The notes under the pieces were generated by a model that was given only the letters and a program-made list of their open reading frames with translations, made no database searches and was not told where the DNA came from. A stretch of 59,717 bases of DNA. Origin: a virus (Duplodnaviria; Caudoviricetes). Below are positions 27,893 through 36,500 of this stretch, in pieces (within the stretch, counting starts at the first letter, position 1; the number at the start of each line of letters is the position of its first letter). Location: positions 1 to 59,717 of IMG/VR virus record IMGVR_UViG_3300024331_000182. One strand, 5' to 3'. The position numbers were made by a program, and so were the translations under genes.

Positions 27893-28627
27893 TCACTCCG
27901 GGATGAACAGGTTCCGGTTGAACTCGCGCAGGGTCCCCGGGGTATACGGCGTCCCGCCCAGCTTCTCTACGTCAGTGTTGAGGCCGCCCTCGCCCTGGCG
28001 CCGCGAGTAGGCGTGCCAGGCAGCCAGGTTGGCGGCAGTCTGCGCGTAGGACCGGGCGTAGGTCTCGTCGTGCGGGGCGCCCGTGGTGTAGTGGCGGTGC
28101 GGGATCAGCACGTCGTCAAGATACTCATGCCCGCAGGCCAGGCACCAGGCCATCCAGGCGACATCCACGAACATGTGGCTGATCTCGGGCGGCCCGGCGT
28201 ATCCCAGCGTCTTCACGACCTCGGCGCGCATGAAGATATGGCAGCTCAGCGACCCCCGTGCGCGGGGGTACAGGTCGTTGGCGAAGGCGAACGGCTGCCT
28301 CGTCAGCGAATCCGTGATCCGGGAATCCCAGCCCGGTGTCTCGGTGGTGTTGTCGTCCCCGATCGTGCCGATGCAGTCGAACTGGCCGTACGTCATCAGG
28401 GCCAGGTAGTTGAACCAGGCAGTGACGTAGCGCAGGCCATCCTGAACGACATAGCCAGGACCGCCCGGGTAGGCGTCCCGCTGCGGGTCGTCGGCGTCCA
28501 GGCCGACCAGGAGCACGGTGGCCCCGGTGCAGGTGGCCTGCATCCGCTCCCACAGGCGGCCGATGTTCCCCGGGCGGCCACGGCTGGGCACGAGCAGGCC
28601 CAGCGCCGGCGGGTGCAGCTCGTTCAC
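27893..28627 (-). CDS. GT-A (GT2-like) glycosyltransferase
   Basis: LLVPSRGRP, LDADDP, IGDD, TPGWD, HMFVD, HRHY. Confidence 0.75.
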   Translation of the reverse strand: MNELHPPALGLLVPSRGRPGNIGRLWERMQATCTGATVLLVGLDADDPQRDAYPGGPGYVVQDGLRYVTAWFNYLALMTYGQFDCIGTIGDDNTTETPGWDSRITDSLTRQPFAFANDLYPRARGSLSCHIFMRAEVVKTLGYAGPPEISHMFVDVAWMAWCLACGHEYLDDVLIPHRHYTTGAPHDETYARSYAQTAANLAAWHAYSRRQGEGGLNTDVEKLGGTPYTPGTLREFNRNLFIPE

Positions 28628-28678
28628 GTAAGGCCCCGTTGTCGCAGTGACGGCATTCCGGGAGGTTCCGGTATCGCA

Positions 28679-29383
28679 TCAGCAGCTCCCTTCCGCTGCC
28701 AGTACGGTCAGCCACGGGTAGGAGGGCAGCGGCGGGATGTCCGCCGGGGCCATCGGCGTCCGGGCTGTCTTGAAGGTATCGCCCACCCGCTCACGGTACA
28801 GGTAAACGGGCGGTCCGCCGATGAATGCCTCGGTCTTGCACCGGCCCGCCGCGACTACCCCGTCCCCCCACCGGATCTCCGCCTCGTAGCCGCCCTCCCA
28901 GGTCCCGTCGAGCGCCAGGTCGCGGCGGATCGGGTTGAACTGCATGACCGACCGCTGGAGCCGTTCCGGGCTGTTATGCCAGCGGGGGCAGTCCAGCGAA
29001 TGGCGGACCGGAACCTGCGGCACGCCGTCCCGGGTCCAGGCCACGTCGAACCCCACGTAGTCAGGCTTGCCGCGCAGCGCGGCGGTGATGCGGGCCACGC
29101 CGTCCGGGGCGAGCAGGTCGTCGTCGTCTATGCAGGAGACGTACTCGGCCTGGCTGGCCTCCACGAGGGCCTGGGTCTTGTCGCCGTACGGGACGGTGAG
29201 GTTGTCCCGGTAGAGCAGGGCGCCGACGCCGTGCATCCGGTAGGACGGGGGCGCGACCTCGATCTGCCGGTCCAGGTCGCTCAATAGCTCCAGCAGGGTG
29301 GCGTGCCGGTGCGGGATGGTGCAGATGAGCAGGTCCCAGGCCGGCAGGTGCCCGAACCGGCCTAGGCCGCGCTGCGCGCTCAT
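28679..29383 (-). CDS. GT-A (GT2-like) glycosyltransferase
   Basis: LLICTIP.R, G.K...L, EYVSCIDDDD. Confidence 0.8.
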   Translation of the reverse strand: MSAQRGLGRFGHLPAWDLLICTIPHRHATLLELLSDLDRQIEVAPPSYRMHGVGALLYRDNLTVPYGDKTQALVEASQAEYVSCIDDDDLLAPDGVARITAALRGKPDYVGFDVAWTRDGVPQVPVRHSLDCPRWHNSPERLQRSVMQFNPIRRDLALDGTWEGGYEAEIRWGDGVVAAGRCKTEAFIGGPPVYLYRERVGDTFKTARTPMAPADIPPLPSYPWLTVLAAEGSC

Positions 29384-29562
29384 CGCGGCGTGATCCCCAG
29401 GCTGTCCAGCGCCCGGAAGGCAGGCGCGTCGCGCGGCATGTCCGGCGGCCGGAAGCTCTCCCCGTGCAGGTAGCCGAGCGCATACCCGGCCCGGACGGCC
29501 CGCGCGGCCTCTTCGCTCACCAGCAGGGTCAGCTTCTCCAGGTCGGTCATCACGGCGCTCAC
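29380..29562 (-). CDS. Small hypothetical protein
   Basis: Coupled on both sides. Confidence 0.45.
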   Translation of the reverse strand: MSAVMTDLEKLTLLVSEEAARAVRAGYALGYLHGESFRPPDMPRDAPAFRALDSLGITPR

Positions 29563-29921
29563 GTCAGCAGCCTCGCGTTCTCCGGCAGCCGGGTCGTGTC
29601 CTCCTCGTACGCCTGGCCGGAGCGCGGCCCCCGGGTGAGGACCAGGACCACGGTCTCGGTCTCGGACCGCCAGGCGTGCGGCACCCCGGCCGGCTCCTCG
29701 ATCAGCTCTCCCGGGCCGGCCGTGCGGATGTGCACGCCGTCATCCTCAGTCCGGGCGAAGGTCATCGTGCCATCCAGGATGTAGGTCCACTGGGTGGTGC
29801 GCTGGTGAACGTGGTTGCCCCGGATGGCGCCGGGCACGGAGTAGATCCGGGTCACGGCGTCCAGGCGGCCCTCGAAAATATCCTGGATGACGCCGCGCTC
29901 GTCCTCGAACCGGTCAGCCAC
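29559..29921 (-). CDS. Cupin, FdtA/QdtA-like NDP-sugar isomerase/epimerase
   Basis: FEDERG, RGNHVH, YILDG, PAGVPHA. Confidence 0.75.
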   Translation of the reverse strand: MADRFEDERGVIQDIFEGRLDAVTRIYSVPGAIRGNHVHQRTTQWTYILDGTMTFARTEDDGVHIRTAGPGELIEEPAGVPHAWRSETETVVLVLTRGPRSGQAYEEDTTRLPENARLLT

Positions 29922-31101
29922 GGTAGTACCCCGCCTTCGGGAGCGGGATGATGAACCTGCCCTCGTACCCGGCGGCGCGCAGCTTCGGCACCACCGAGCC
30001 CGCGACATGCCAGCAGAGCAGCAGCGCGGTCGGCGGGGCATCCTCGATCAGGGCTTTCTCGTCCACGACGGGAATCAGGGTGCCGGGGATCGTGGTGCCG
30101 ATCTTCGGGTGGCCCGGAACCTCCACGACCATGGTCAGCCATTTCTGCAACCCGGCGTAGTGGATCAGCGGGGTGGCCCGGGTGGCGGCGCCGACGCCGT
30201 ATACGGGTCCCTGCTCGCTGGCGGTCTCCAGCAGGCGGCAGAGCTGGTCGCGGGCGGCGTCCGCGCGGGCCTGGAGGTTCCCGGGGCGGCGGGTGGCGTA
30301 GGTGCGGAACGAGCCGCCGTGGGTGGCGATGTTCTCGGTCCGGGTGACCTGGAACCCGTGCTGTTCCAGCAGGCGGCCGAGGGTGGCGGGGGTGTAGTAC
30401 ATCAGGTGCTCGTGGTACACGGTGTCGATCTGGAGGCCGGCTCCGACCGAGGCGAAGTCGTGGTTCTCGCAGATGAGCGTGCCGTTGTCGTTGAGGACCA
30501 GGGCCACGCCATCCAGGAACCCGTGGATGTCGCTGACGTGGGCCATGACGTTGGACGCGGTGACCACCTGCGCCCGGCCCAGGGACTTCACGATGTCGCC
30601 GGCCAGCTCGTACGACCAGAACGCCTCTTCCACCGGGATGTTCTTCGCGCGGGCCAGGTTCCCGGCCCCGGTCGGCTCCACGGCGAGCAGCCGGGTACGG
30701 GGTTCCAGCCTGCGGACGGCGGCCAGGAACGTGCCGTCATTGGCGCCGATGTCGATGATCAGTTCCCCGTCGCCCAGCAGCCGCCCGGCTTCCGCCGCCA
30801 GGTTCCCGAAGTGGAGCCGGAGCGCGGCGGTGCTCCCGGTGACGTACGGGTGGTCGCCGGGGAAGACCTCGGCCCGGGGTACCTCCCAGGTCGCCTGGAC
30901 CAGGCCGCACCGGTCGCACTGCTGGAGGCCGAGCGGGTACCGGTGGCCGTCGTCGCGCTCGGCCAGCGGCTGGGAGCCGAGGTCCAGGACCGGAGTCAGG
31001 CACCCGCCATGGCCGCAGCCGTAGCAGTAGACGACCGGGAAGCCCGGCAGCCCGCCCGTCATGAGCTGCGCGTCCTCGTTGCGCCCGTGAGTGCGGGTCA
31101 T
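29914..31101 (-). CDS. NDP-hexose C-methyltransferase (zinc-binding N-terminus)
   Basis: CYGCG, LDLGSQPLA, YPL.L.QC..CGLVQ, IDIGANDGTFL, NVMAHV, DTVYHEH, THGGSFR, YGVGA, K.G..IPGT.IPV, FIIPLP. Confidence 0.9.
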   Translation of the reverse strand: MTRTHGRNEDAQLMTGGLPGFPVVYCYGCGHGGCLTPVLDLGSQPLAERDDGHRYPLGLQQCDRCGLVQATWEVPRAEVFPGDHPYVTGSTAALRLHFGNLAAEAGRLLGDGELIIDIGANDGTFLAAVRRLEPRTRLLAVEPTGAGNLARAKNIPVEEAFWSYELAGDIVKSLGRAQVVTASNVMAHVSDIHGFLDGVALVLNDNGTLICENHDFASVGAGLQIDTVYHEHLMYYTPATLGRLLEQHGFQVTRTENIATHGGSFRTYATRRPGNLQARADAARDQLCRLLETASEQGPVYGVGAATRATPLIHYAGLQKWLTMVVEVPGHPKIGTTIPGTLIPVVDEKALIEDAPPTALLLCWHVAGSVVPKLRAAGYEGRFIIPLPKAGYYRG

Positions 31102-32066
31102 CCGTTCTCCCGGTACCAGGCCACGGTCTCGCGGAGCCCGTCAGCGAACGGCCGGGCGGTCATCCGGCCCCCGCCCAGCCGGGTGATCTTAGCGAGGTCG
31201 GGGAGGCGCCTTGGCGGGGAACCCTGGGGCAGCGTGCCGGGCTCTACCTTGACCTGGCGGTCGTAGGACTCCGCGACCAGGCGGGCGACCTGGCTGATGG
31301 TGATCTCGTTCATCGTGCCGGCGTGGTAGATCCCGGCCGGGGTGCCCGGGTCCAGCAGCAGGGCGAGCTGGTCGGTGCAGTCCCCGATCCAGCAGAACGA
31401 GCGGGTCTCCTGGCCGGTGCCCTGGATGCGGAACGGGACCGGGCCGGACTCCGGCGGCAGCTCGGTGATGAGCTTGTTCATCCTGATGCAGAACTCGGGG
31501 ATGACGTGCTCGCGGCCCATGTCCGGGCCGTAGATGTTGTGCGGCCGGGCGATCACCACGCGGTCCAGCACCCCGGCCCGCTGCCAGGCCAGGGCGGCCA
31601 GCTCGGAGGCGATCTTGCCGCCGCCGTAGGAGTAGCGCGGGTTGAGCGGGTCCGGCACGGTCAGCGCGGTGTCCTCCGGGGTGGGCACCTTCGCGGCAAC
31701 CTGGTACGCCTCACTGGAAGAAATGAGGAGGAGGTCGCCGCAGCCGGTTACCGCGCAGGCATCCAGGACCGACAGGATGCCGCGCAGCGCGACGTCGAGC
31801 ACCTGGCGGGGTTCCGCGTAGAAGGTCTGAGTGCCCTGGACGTAGGCGGCGTGGATCACGGCGTCGCAGCCGTGCATGGCCCGGGTGACCGCCTGCACGT
31901 CGCGGACGTCGCCCTGGTGAACGGCAAGGTCGGCCCAGGCGGGCAGCCGCCTCCGCTTCCCCCGGCTGAAATCATCCAGGACGCTGACTCCGTGGCCGTC
32001 ATCCAGCAGCCTCCTCACGAGCGCCGAGCCGATGAATCCAGCTCCTCCGGTGACCAGGTACCGCAT
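31098..32066 (-). CDS. NAD-dependent NDP-sugar epimerase/dehydratase (extended SDR)
   Basis: TGGAGFIG, SSSEAY, YSYGGGK, RPHNIYGP, G.G.ETRSFC. Confidence 0.9.
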   Translation of the reverse strand: MRYLVTGGAGFIGSALVRRLLDDGHGVSVLDDFSRGKRRRLPAWADLAVHQGDVRDVQAVTRAMHGCDAVIHAAYVQGTQTFYAEPRQVLDVALRGILSVLDACAVTGCGDLLLISSSEAYQVAAKVPTPEDTALTVPDPLNPRYSYGGGKIASELAALAWQRAGVLDRVVIARPHNIYGPDMGREHVIPEFCIRMNKLITELPPESGPVPFRIQGTGQETRSFCWIGDCTDQLALLLDPGTPAGIYHAGTMNEITISQVARLVAESYDRQVKVEPGTLPQGSPPRRLPDLAKITRLGGGRMTARPFADGLRETVAWYRENG

Positions 32067-32094
32067 AGCGCACAGCTCCGTCCGGGAGTGCCTG

Positions 32095-32126
32095 GCAGCT
32101 CCCCCGGCGGGTGACAGGGGCCGTGC
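32095..32126 (-). promoter_or_regulatory. AGC/NGG leader hairpin
   Basis: GCA CGG CCCC-loop-GGGG AGC TGC upstream of the epimerase. Confidence 0.5.
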
Positions 32127-32155
32127 TCGGTATCAGGGTACCGAACCGGGGGCCG

Positions 32156-32812
32156 CTAATCCCATGTGAACCGGGGGACACCGTGCCCGGCATCTGCGTG
32201 CGCGTAGTAATGCCGCAGCTCGGAAGACAAATCTCCCTCCTCATACCAGGCCAGGTGATCGGCAACGTACGGATGCCCTAGCCGCATCGACGGGCCGAGG
32301 GAGAACAGCGGGTACTCGGTGTACGGCGCATAAAGAGCCAGGGTCGTATCGACGTTAGCCCGGTAGACATCTGGTTCCGGGTCATCCACCCAGAACCCCT
32401 GCTCCGCGCTGATGACCTCCTGCCGTCGTGACGGGGGCAGCCGGTCCAGCCGGAGACCGAGGCCGGCCTTGACCGCGCGGTACCTGCTGCGCACGTCAGC
32501 CAGCCGTTCCACCCAGTCTCCCGGGCAGCCCTCGGAGGGAACTACGTCCGGGTCCGTGACTACGTACGGCTCGGTATCGCCCCACAGGATCTCGCGGAAC
32601 TTGTCCCAGTCCCAGAGCTGCCACGGGTAGGCGTTCTCCCCGCGCCGCAGCACCGGGCAGCCGGACTCCTCCAGCTCCGCGAGCCAGACCAGCGCCGCAG
32701 GCCACGTGCTGCCGTGGTCTACTACGTGCACATCCAGCCCGGCCGACCGCAGCCCGTCAAGGCACCTCCTGGCATAGGTCACGCGGTCGCGGAAGATAAT
32801 GAACGCTTTCAC
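32156..32812 (-). CDS. GT2-like glycosyltransferase
   Basis: IIFRDR, VVDHGSTWP, YVVTDPD (DxD), VDTTLALY. Confidence 0.7.
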   Translation of the reverse strand: MKAFIIFRDRVTYARRCLDGLRSAGLDVHVVDHGSTWPAALVWLAELEESGCPVLRRGENAYPWQLWDWDKFREILWGDTEPYVVTDPDVVPSEGCPGDWVERLADVRSRYRAVKAGLGLRLDRLPPSRRQEVISAEQGFWVDDPEPDVYRANVDTTLALYAPYTEYPLFSLGPSMRLGHPYVADHLAWYEEGDLSSELRHYYAHADAGHGVPRFTWD

Positions 32813-33010
32813 TGGTTACGACGCGACATGCGCCACGGCCATCCACAGCGTGATATCCCCGAATGACGAATTACCGCATCCGCCATTCTGGCTGCCCGCG
32901 TTTGCCTCAAACTCCCACTTACCCGGGTCACCCGGATCAGGTCCCGATCCGATTACGGCTAGCCGCCGCCATGGTGTGATCATGCCCGGAATGGTAGCGG
33001 AGCGGAGCCG

Positions 33011-33922
33011 TTACTCCCAGCGCCACCGGCTGCCGGATAGCACGCACCGGATGGCCGTCCCGCTGCCCGACACGCCGCTCAGGCCGTGGTCGGACTTCCG
33101 GCAGAACTCCCCGGCCCGGTAGCAGTTCCCGCCGTTCGTCTTCGGGTAGCAGCCCCTGGCCGCCGCGTGCGAGGAGGGCGGGGGCACGCGCACGGCGCTG
33201 GTGTCCGGTGACGGCGGGGGCACGGCACGTTCCGGTCGACCGGAATTTCCGGTGGCCGTGCTGATACCCAGTACCTTCTCGGCCGTGATCCAGTTCCGGG
33301 CGATGGCGCGCTGGGCGGCGGCCAGGCTGACCCGGCCCGCGCAGACGGCGGTGTGCAGCGCGTTCTCCACCGCGTCCTTGGGGTTCGGGACGGGCGGCGA
33401 CTCCGGCCACAGGTTGCTCGCGTCGTTGCTGCCGCCCAGCTCCAGCGAGACGAGGTGGTCCAGCTCGGTCGGGGTCCCGCTGGCCACGCCGTAAGCCGGG
33501 TAGGCGGATTCGTACTTGAAGCGGCTGGTCTGGTACACCGGGGGCCGGTAGCTCCGCGTCGAGTAGCTGCCCGAGCACAGCACGGCAGCGGTGATAGCGG
33601 GGTCGTAGGCGCCCGGGGTGCAGCGCGGGTCGGGGAGCTGGCCGCCGTCGCGGTACCGGCACGGCCCGGTCAGCGTCCCGGTGACCTGGCCCGGGTCGTG
33701 CACCCGGTGCAGGCCCCGGCTGGACGTGACCGGATGTGATACGGCAGGGTGCCCGGTGGCAGGCGGCGAGGCGGACGGCGGTGCCGTGGCAGGCTGCGCG
33801 CTGGACACCGTGGTGGCGGGCGCAGGAGAAGTCACGGGAGAATACGCGGATGAGCTGCACCCTGCGGCCAGGAGCACCGCGAGAGCAAGCCCGGCCACGG
33901 TGCGTGCCTGGCGGCGGTTCAC
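33011..33922 (-). CDS. Lipoprotein with HNH-like nuclease domain and Cys-rich C-terminal module
   Basis: Lipobox LAAGC; ELDHLVSLELGGSNDASNLWPE; CYP...NCY.AGEFC. Confidence 0.7.
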   Translation of the reverse strand: MNRRQARTVAGLALAVLLAAGCSSSAYSPVTSPAPATTVSSAQPATAPPSASPPATGHPAVSHPVTSSRGLHRVHDPGQVTGTLTGPCRYRDGGQLPDPRCTPGAYDPAITAAVLCSGSYSTRSYRPPVYQTSRFKYESAYPAYGVASGTPTELDHLVSLELGGSNDASNLWPESPPVPNPKDAVENALHTAVCAGRVSLAAAQRAIARNWITAEKVLGISTATGNSGRPERAVPPPSPDTSAVRVPPPSSHAAARGCYPKTNGGNCYRAGEFCRKSDHGLSGVSGSGTAIRCVLSGSRWRWE

Positions 33923-33926
33923 GGTA

Positions 33927-34109
33927 TCAGGATACGTTCCGCCGCCAGCCCGGTAACCAGTAGTGGCGGCGCGGCCCGATCGCGTGCCCGGCCATGCCCG
34001 CCAGCACCAGGACCAGCCCGATCACGATGACGATGATGCCGAGCGTCCACAAGATGGCGATCCCGGTGATGAACCCGAAGATGAGCAGGATGATACCGAG
34101 GATGATCAT
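33927..34109 (-). CDS. Small two-helix membrane protein (DUF6131-like)
   Basis: MIILGIILLIFG...ILWTLGII...GHAIG.RRHYW. Confidence 0.6.
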   Translation of the reverse strand: MIILGIILLIFGFITGIAILWTLGIIVIVIGLVLVLAGMAGHAIGPRRHYWLPGWRRNVS

Positions 34110-34162
34110 GCCCGTCCTGCTACCCGCCAGGCCGGCAAGCATGCAGACCGCCAGCCCGGAGG

Positions 34163-34357
34163 TCAGTTGCCGACGAGCAGGGCAGCCATGTAGACGGCAA
34201 ACGCCGCCGCCATCAGCAAGGCCCACACGTTGACCGGCCTGGTGATGAAGGCGACGACGCCCGCGACGGCGGCCAGGAGCAGGGCGGCCAGGATGAGGAT
34301 GCCGTTCCCGGCTGCGTTGGCCGAGATCAGTACTGCGGCCAGGACATGCCCGTGCAT
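34163..34357 (-). CDS. Small membrane protein
   Basis: Almost entirely hydrophobic, two to three helices. Confidence 0.5.
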   Translation of the reverse strand: MHGHVLAAVLISANAAGNGILILAALLLAAVAGVVAFITRPVNVWALLMAAAFAVYMAALLVGN

Positions 34358-34528
34358 CTACTTGGTCCTGTCGTCCTTGTAGTCGTGGCCGAGATCCCGG
34401 TTCCCGTTGTGGGCCAGTTCCTTCCCGTTCTGGGCGGGGATGCCGGACCCGGCCGCGTTGGCAGCCGTGGTGCCGGAGTACAGGCCGGGCTGGAGGGCGG
34501 GCGGGTACTGCCTCGCGAGGTCGCTCAT
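34358..34528 (-). CDS. Small hypothetical protein
   Basis: GGGAG then ATG 34528; ATGA coupling. Confidence 0.45.
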   Translation of the reverse strand: MSDLARQYPPALQPGLYSGTTAANAAGSGIPAQNGKELAHNGNRDLGHDYKDDRTK

Positions 34529-34710
34529 GTCTGCTCCCACGGCCCGGGGCCGGACTCGAAGTCGCCCGTGGCGGCGCCGGTCGTGATGCTGGCCGGGCCG
34601 GAGTTCTTGTCGACCGACTGCCACTTCCCGGCCGGGGATGACGACGTGGCGTCCCACGGCTGGCCCGGGACGGCGGGCGGCGAGGTGATGGGGTCTGGTG
34701 CCTGTGCCAT
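34525..34710 (-). CDS. Small P/S/T-rich protein
   Basis: GAGGAG RBS. Confidence 0.55.
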   Translation of the reverse strand: MAQAPDPITSPPAVPGQPWDATSSSPAGKWQSVDKNSGPASITTGAATGDFESGPGPWEQT

Positions 34711-34722
34711 GGTCTCTCTCCT

Positions 34723-34995
34723 CTAACTCGCGGTTTTCCATGACGGGGGTCCGGCGGTCATGCTGCCGGCCCGCGCCCTCGGCTTGCCGTCGTCGCCTGG
34801 CCGGATCTGCCTGCTGTTGCTGGCGCTGATGGCCGGGTCGTCCTGCTGCTTGGCCGGGGGCAGCGGGTCCACCGGGGGCGAGCCCGGCGCGGTCATGGCC
34901 AGCTTGTTGTCACTGGACATGTTGCCGCCCGCCTGGCTGGTGGGAGCCAGGGCCGTGAGCGGGCCGCCGGGGAGTAGCGAACTGAGGTCTTCCAT
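34723..34995 (-). CDS. Small P/S/T-rich protein
   Basis: AGGAGGAG RBS. Confidence 0.55.
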   Translation of the reverse strand: MEDLSSLLPGGPLTALAPTSQAGGNMSSDNKLAMTAPGSPPVDPLPPAKQQDDPAISASNSRQIRPGDDGKPRARAGSMTAGPPSWKTAS

Positions 34996-35010
34996 CGTGC
35001 TCCTCCTGAT

Positions 35011-35307
35011 CTATCCCAGCGAGATGACGGCGACCTTGCTGACGCCCTGCTCGGTGACGGCGTACAGCACGGTGGCCGCCGTGTCACTGGGCGGAGCGGG
35101 GACGACAGGTGTTTCCTTCCGCTCCGGAGCCGAGAAGTCCTCGGCTGTTCCCGGCTCGATCGGGTACCCGTCGCCGGGGGTCACATCCGGGCCGCCGACG
35201 AAGATGCGGGAACCGCCGAGGTTGCGCACCCGCACCCCGCCGGAGGGCACCGTGCACAGCTCGGACGGCTTCTCGCCTACCTCGCGCGACCCGGACATGA
35301 GGCTCAT
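35011..35307 (-). CDS. Small beta-rich protein, possible capsid decoration
   Basis: VRNLGG..IFVGG..VT...GY.I.PG...LYAV pattern. Confidence 0.55.
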   Translation of the reverse strand: MSLMSGSREVGEKPSELCTVPSGGVRVRNLGGSRIFVGGPDVTPGDGYPIEPGTAEDFSAPERKETPVVPAPPSDTAATVLYAVTEQGVSKVAVISLG

Positions 35308-35313
35308 CTGCGG

Positions 35314-35868
35314 TCAGCCCTGGCCGTTCATCCGGCCGCCGCGCATGACCCGGCCGCCGCCCGGCTGGAACCGGTCGCCCCCGGCCTGCGGCTCGTTCCC
35401 CTTGAGGCCGGGGAGCTGGCCCGGGAACGACGTGCCGTAGCCGTCGTCGTTGGCCTGGGTCCAGTCCCTCGCGCCGGAGATCTCGTCGGTCACGGTCTCG
35501 CTGGCGTACGTGGTGACGCCTGCGGTAGGCCGGGTAAAGGTCACGGAGTCCGTGCCCGCGTTGCCGGGCTGGCTTCCGGTACTGCCCGGTGCCCCGGTGT
35601 GCGCGATATCGGAGTCGGACAGGCCGGTCAGGCCATCGGTGAGCTGGCCGGCCTCCACGGTCGGGTCGCCGCCCGTGCCGCCCCCGCCTGCCGTGCCGGG
35701 AGCGCCGGTTCCCTGCGGGAGGGGGCCGCCGAAGATCGCGGTGCCCCAGCCGCCGACCGGGTACTGGCCGGGCTCGTTGGTCGGGTCTGCCGGGGTGGCA
35801 GTGCCGGACTGCTCGGGGCGGGTGTTCCGCGCGGCGTCCGGGCCGCCGTAGCTCGGGTAATCAGCCAT
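35314..35868 (-). CDS. G/T/P-rich low-complexity protein
   Basis: GAGGAG RBS; repeated TGAPG units. Confidence 0.6.
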   Translation of the reverse strand: MADYPSYGGPDAARNTRPEQSGTATPADPTNEPGQYPVGGWGTAIFGGPLPQGTGAPGTAGGGGTGGDPTVEAGQLTDGLTGLSDSDIAHTGAPGSTGSQPGNAGTDSVTFTRPTAGVTTYASETVTDEISGARDWTQANDDGYGTSFPGQLPGLKGNEPQAGGDRFQPGGGRVMRGGRMNGQG

Positions 35869-35889
35869 CAGGACTCCTCTGGATTAGCT

Positions 35890-35911
35890 CCCGGCTCCTG
35901 ACGGCCTCGGG
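35890..35911 (-). promoter_or_regulatory. Minimal AGC/NGG leader hairpin
   Basis: CCCG AGG CC GTCA GG AGC CGGG just upstream of the RBS. Confidence 0.5.
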
Positions 35912-35947
35912 CTGTTCAGTTACTCCGATCATAACCGGCGGCGGCCG

Positions 35948-36421
35948 TTACAGCCTGCCTCCGTACCGGCTCATCAGGTCCGCCTTGGTCATGCCGGTGG
36001 CCGCGTGGACATCCGCGCCGTGCACCTGGACGGCGAAGTCGATCCAGTCCTGCTTGGGCGCGGACGGGGCGGGCGCGGACGGCCTTCCCTCCGGCTTGCC
36101 GTCGTCCGGGTCCTCGTCACCGCTGCCACTGCTGTCACCGGCCCCCGTCCCGTCCTCGCTGTCAGCCTGGGCGGCCCCGGCCTCAGCTTCGGCCGCCAGG
36201 GCCTCGCCCTCGATCTGGGACGGGGGCCGGGACTCGGTGACGCCCGGCTCCGGGTCCGGCGCGCTGCCGGCCGGGACCGCGATGGCGTTGCCGCCCCGGA
36301 TGAGGTCATCAGCCTCCCAGCCCGGGACATCGATCGTCTCGCCCGCCGGCGGCCACTTCCGGTCGTCGTGCCGGTATCCGGACACGCCGACGAGCATCCT
36401 TACCTTGCGTGTTCCTGACAC
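35948..36421 (-). CDS. Post-capsid protein with small C-terminal helical domain
   Basis: AGGAGG RBS; acidic linker; P..SAPKQDWIDFA...MTKADL typical of genes following actinophage capsid genes. Confidence 0.65.
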   Translation of the reverse strand: MSGTRKVRMLVGVSGYRHDDRKWPPAGETIDVPGWEADDLIRGGNAIAVPAGSAPDPEPGVTESRPPSQIEGEALAAEAEAGAAQADSEDGTGAGDSSGSGDEDPDDGKPEGRPSAPAPSAPKQDWIDFAVQVHGADVHAATGMTKADLMSRYGGRL

Positions 36422-36447
36422 GGCTGCCTCCTGTTCCTTCCGGTGCC

Positions 36448-36483
36448 CCCGGTCCGGTCACTCGCCGCAGCGACCGGACCGGG
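36448..36483 (-). terminator. Hairpin after the major capsid gene
   Basis: 12-bp inverted repeat CCCGGTCCGGTC / GACCGGACCGGG. Confidence 0.55.
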
Positions 36484-36500
36484 AACGTGCCCGCGACCGG

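Noticed and set aside
33927-34357. Small membrane genes as holins
   Set aside because: No adjacent endolysin; one resembles a common actinobacterial membrane family.
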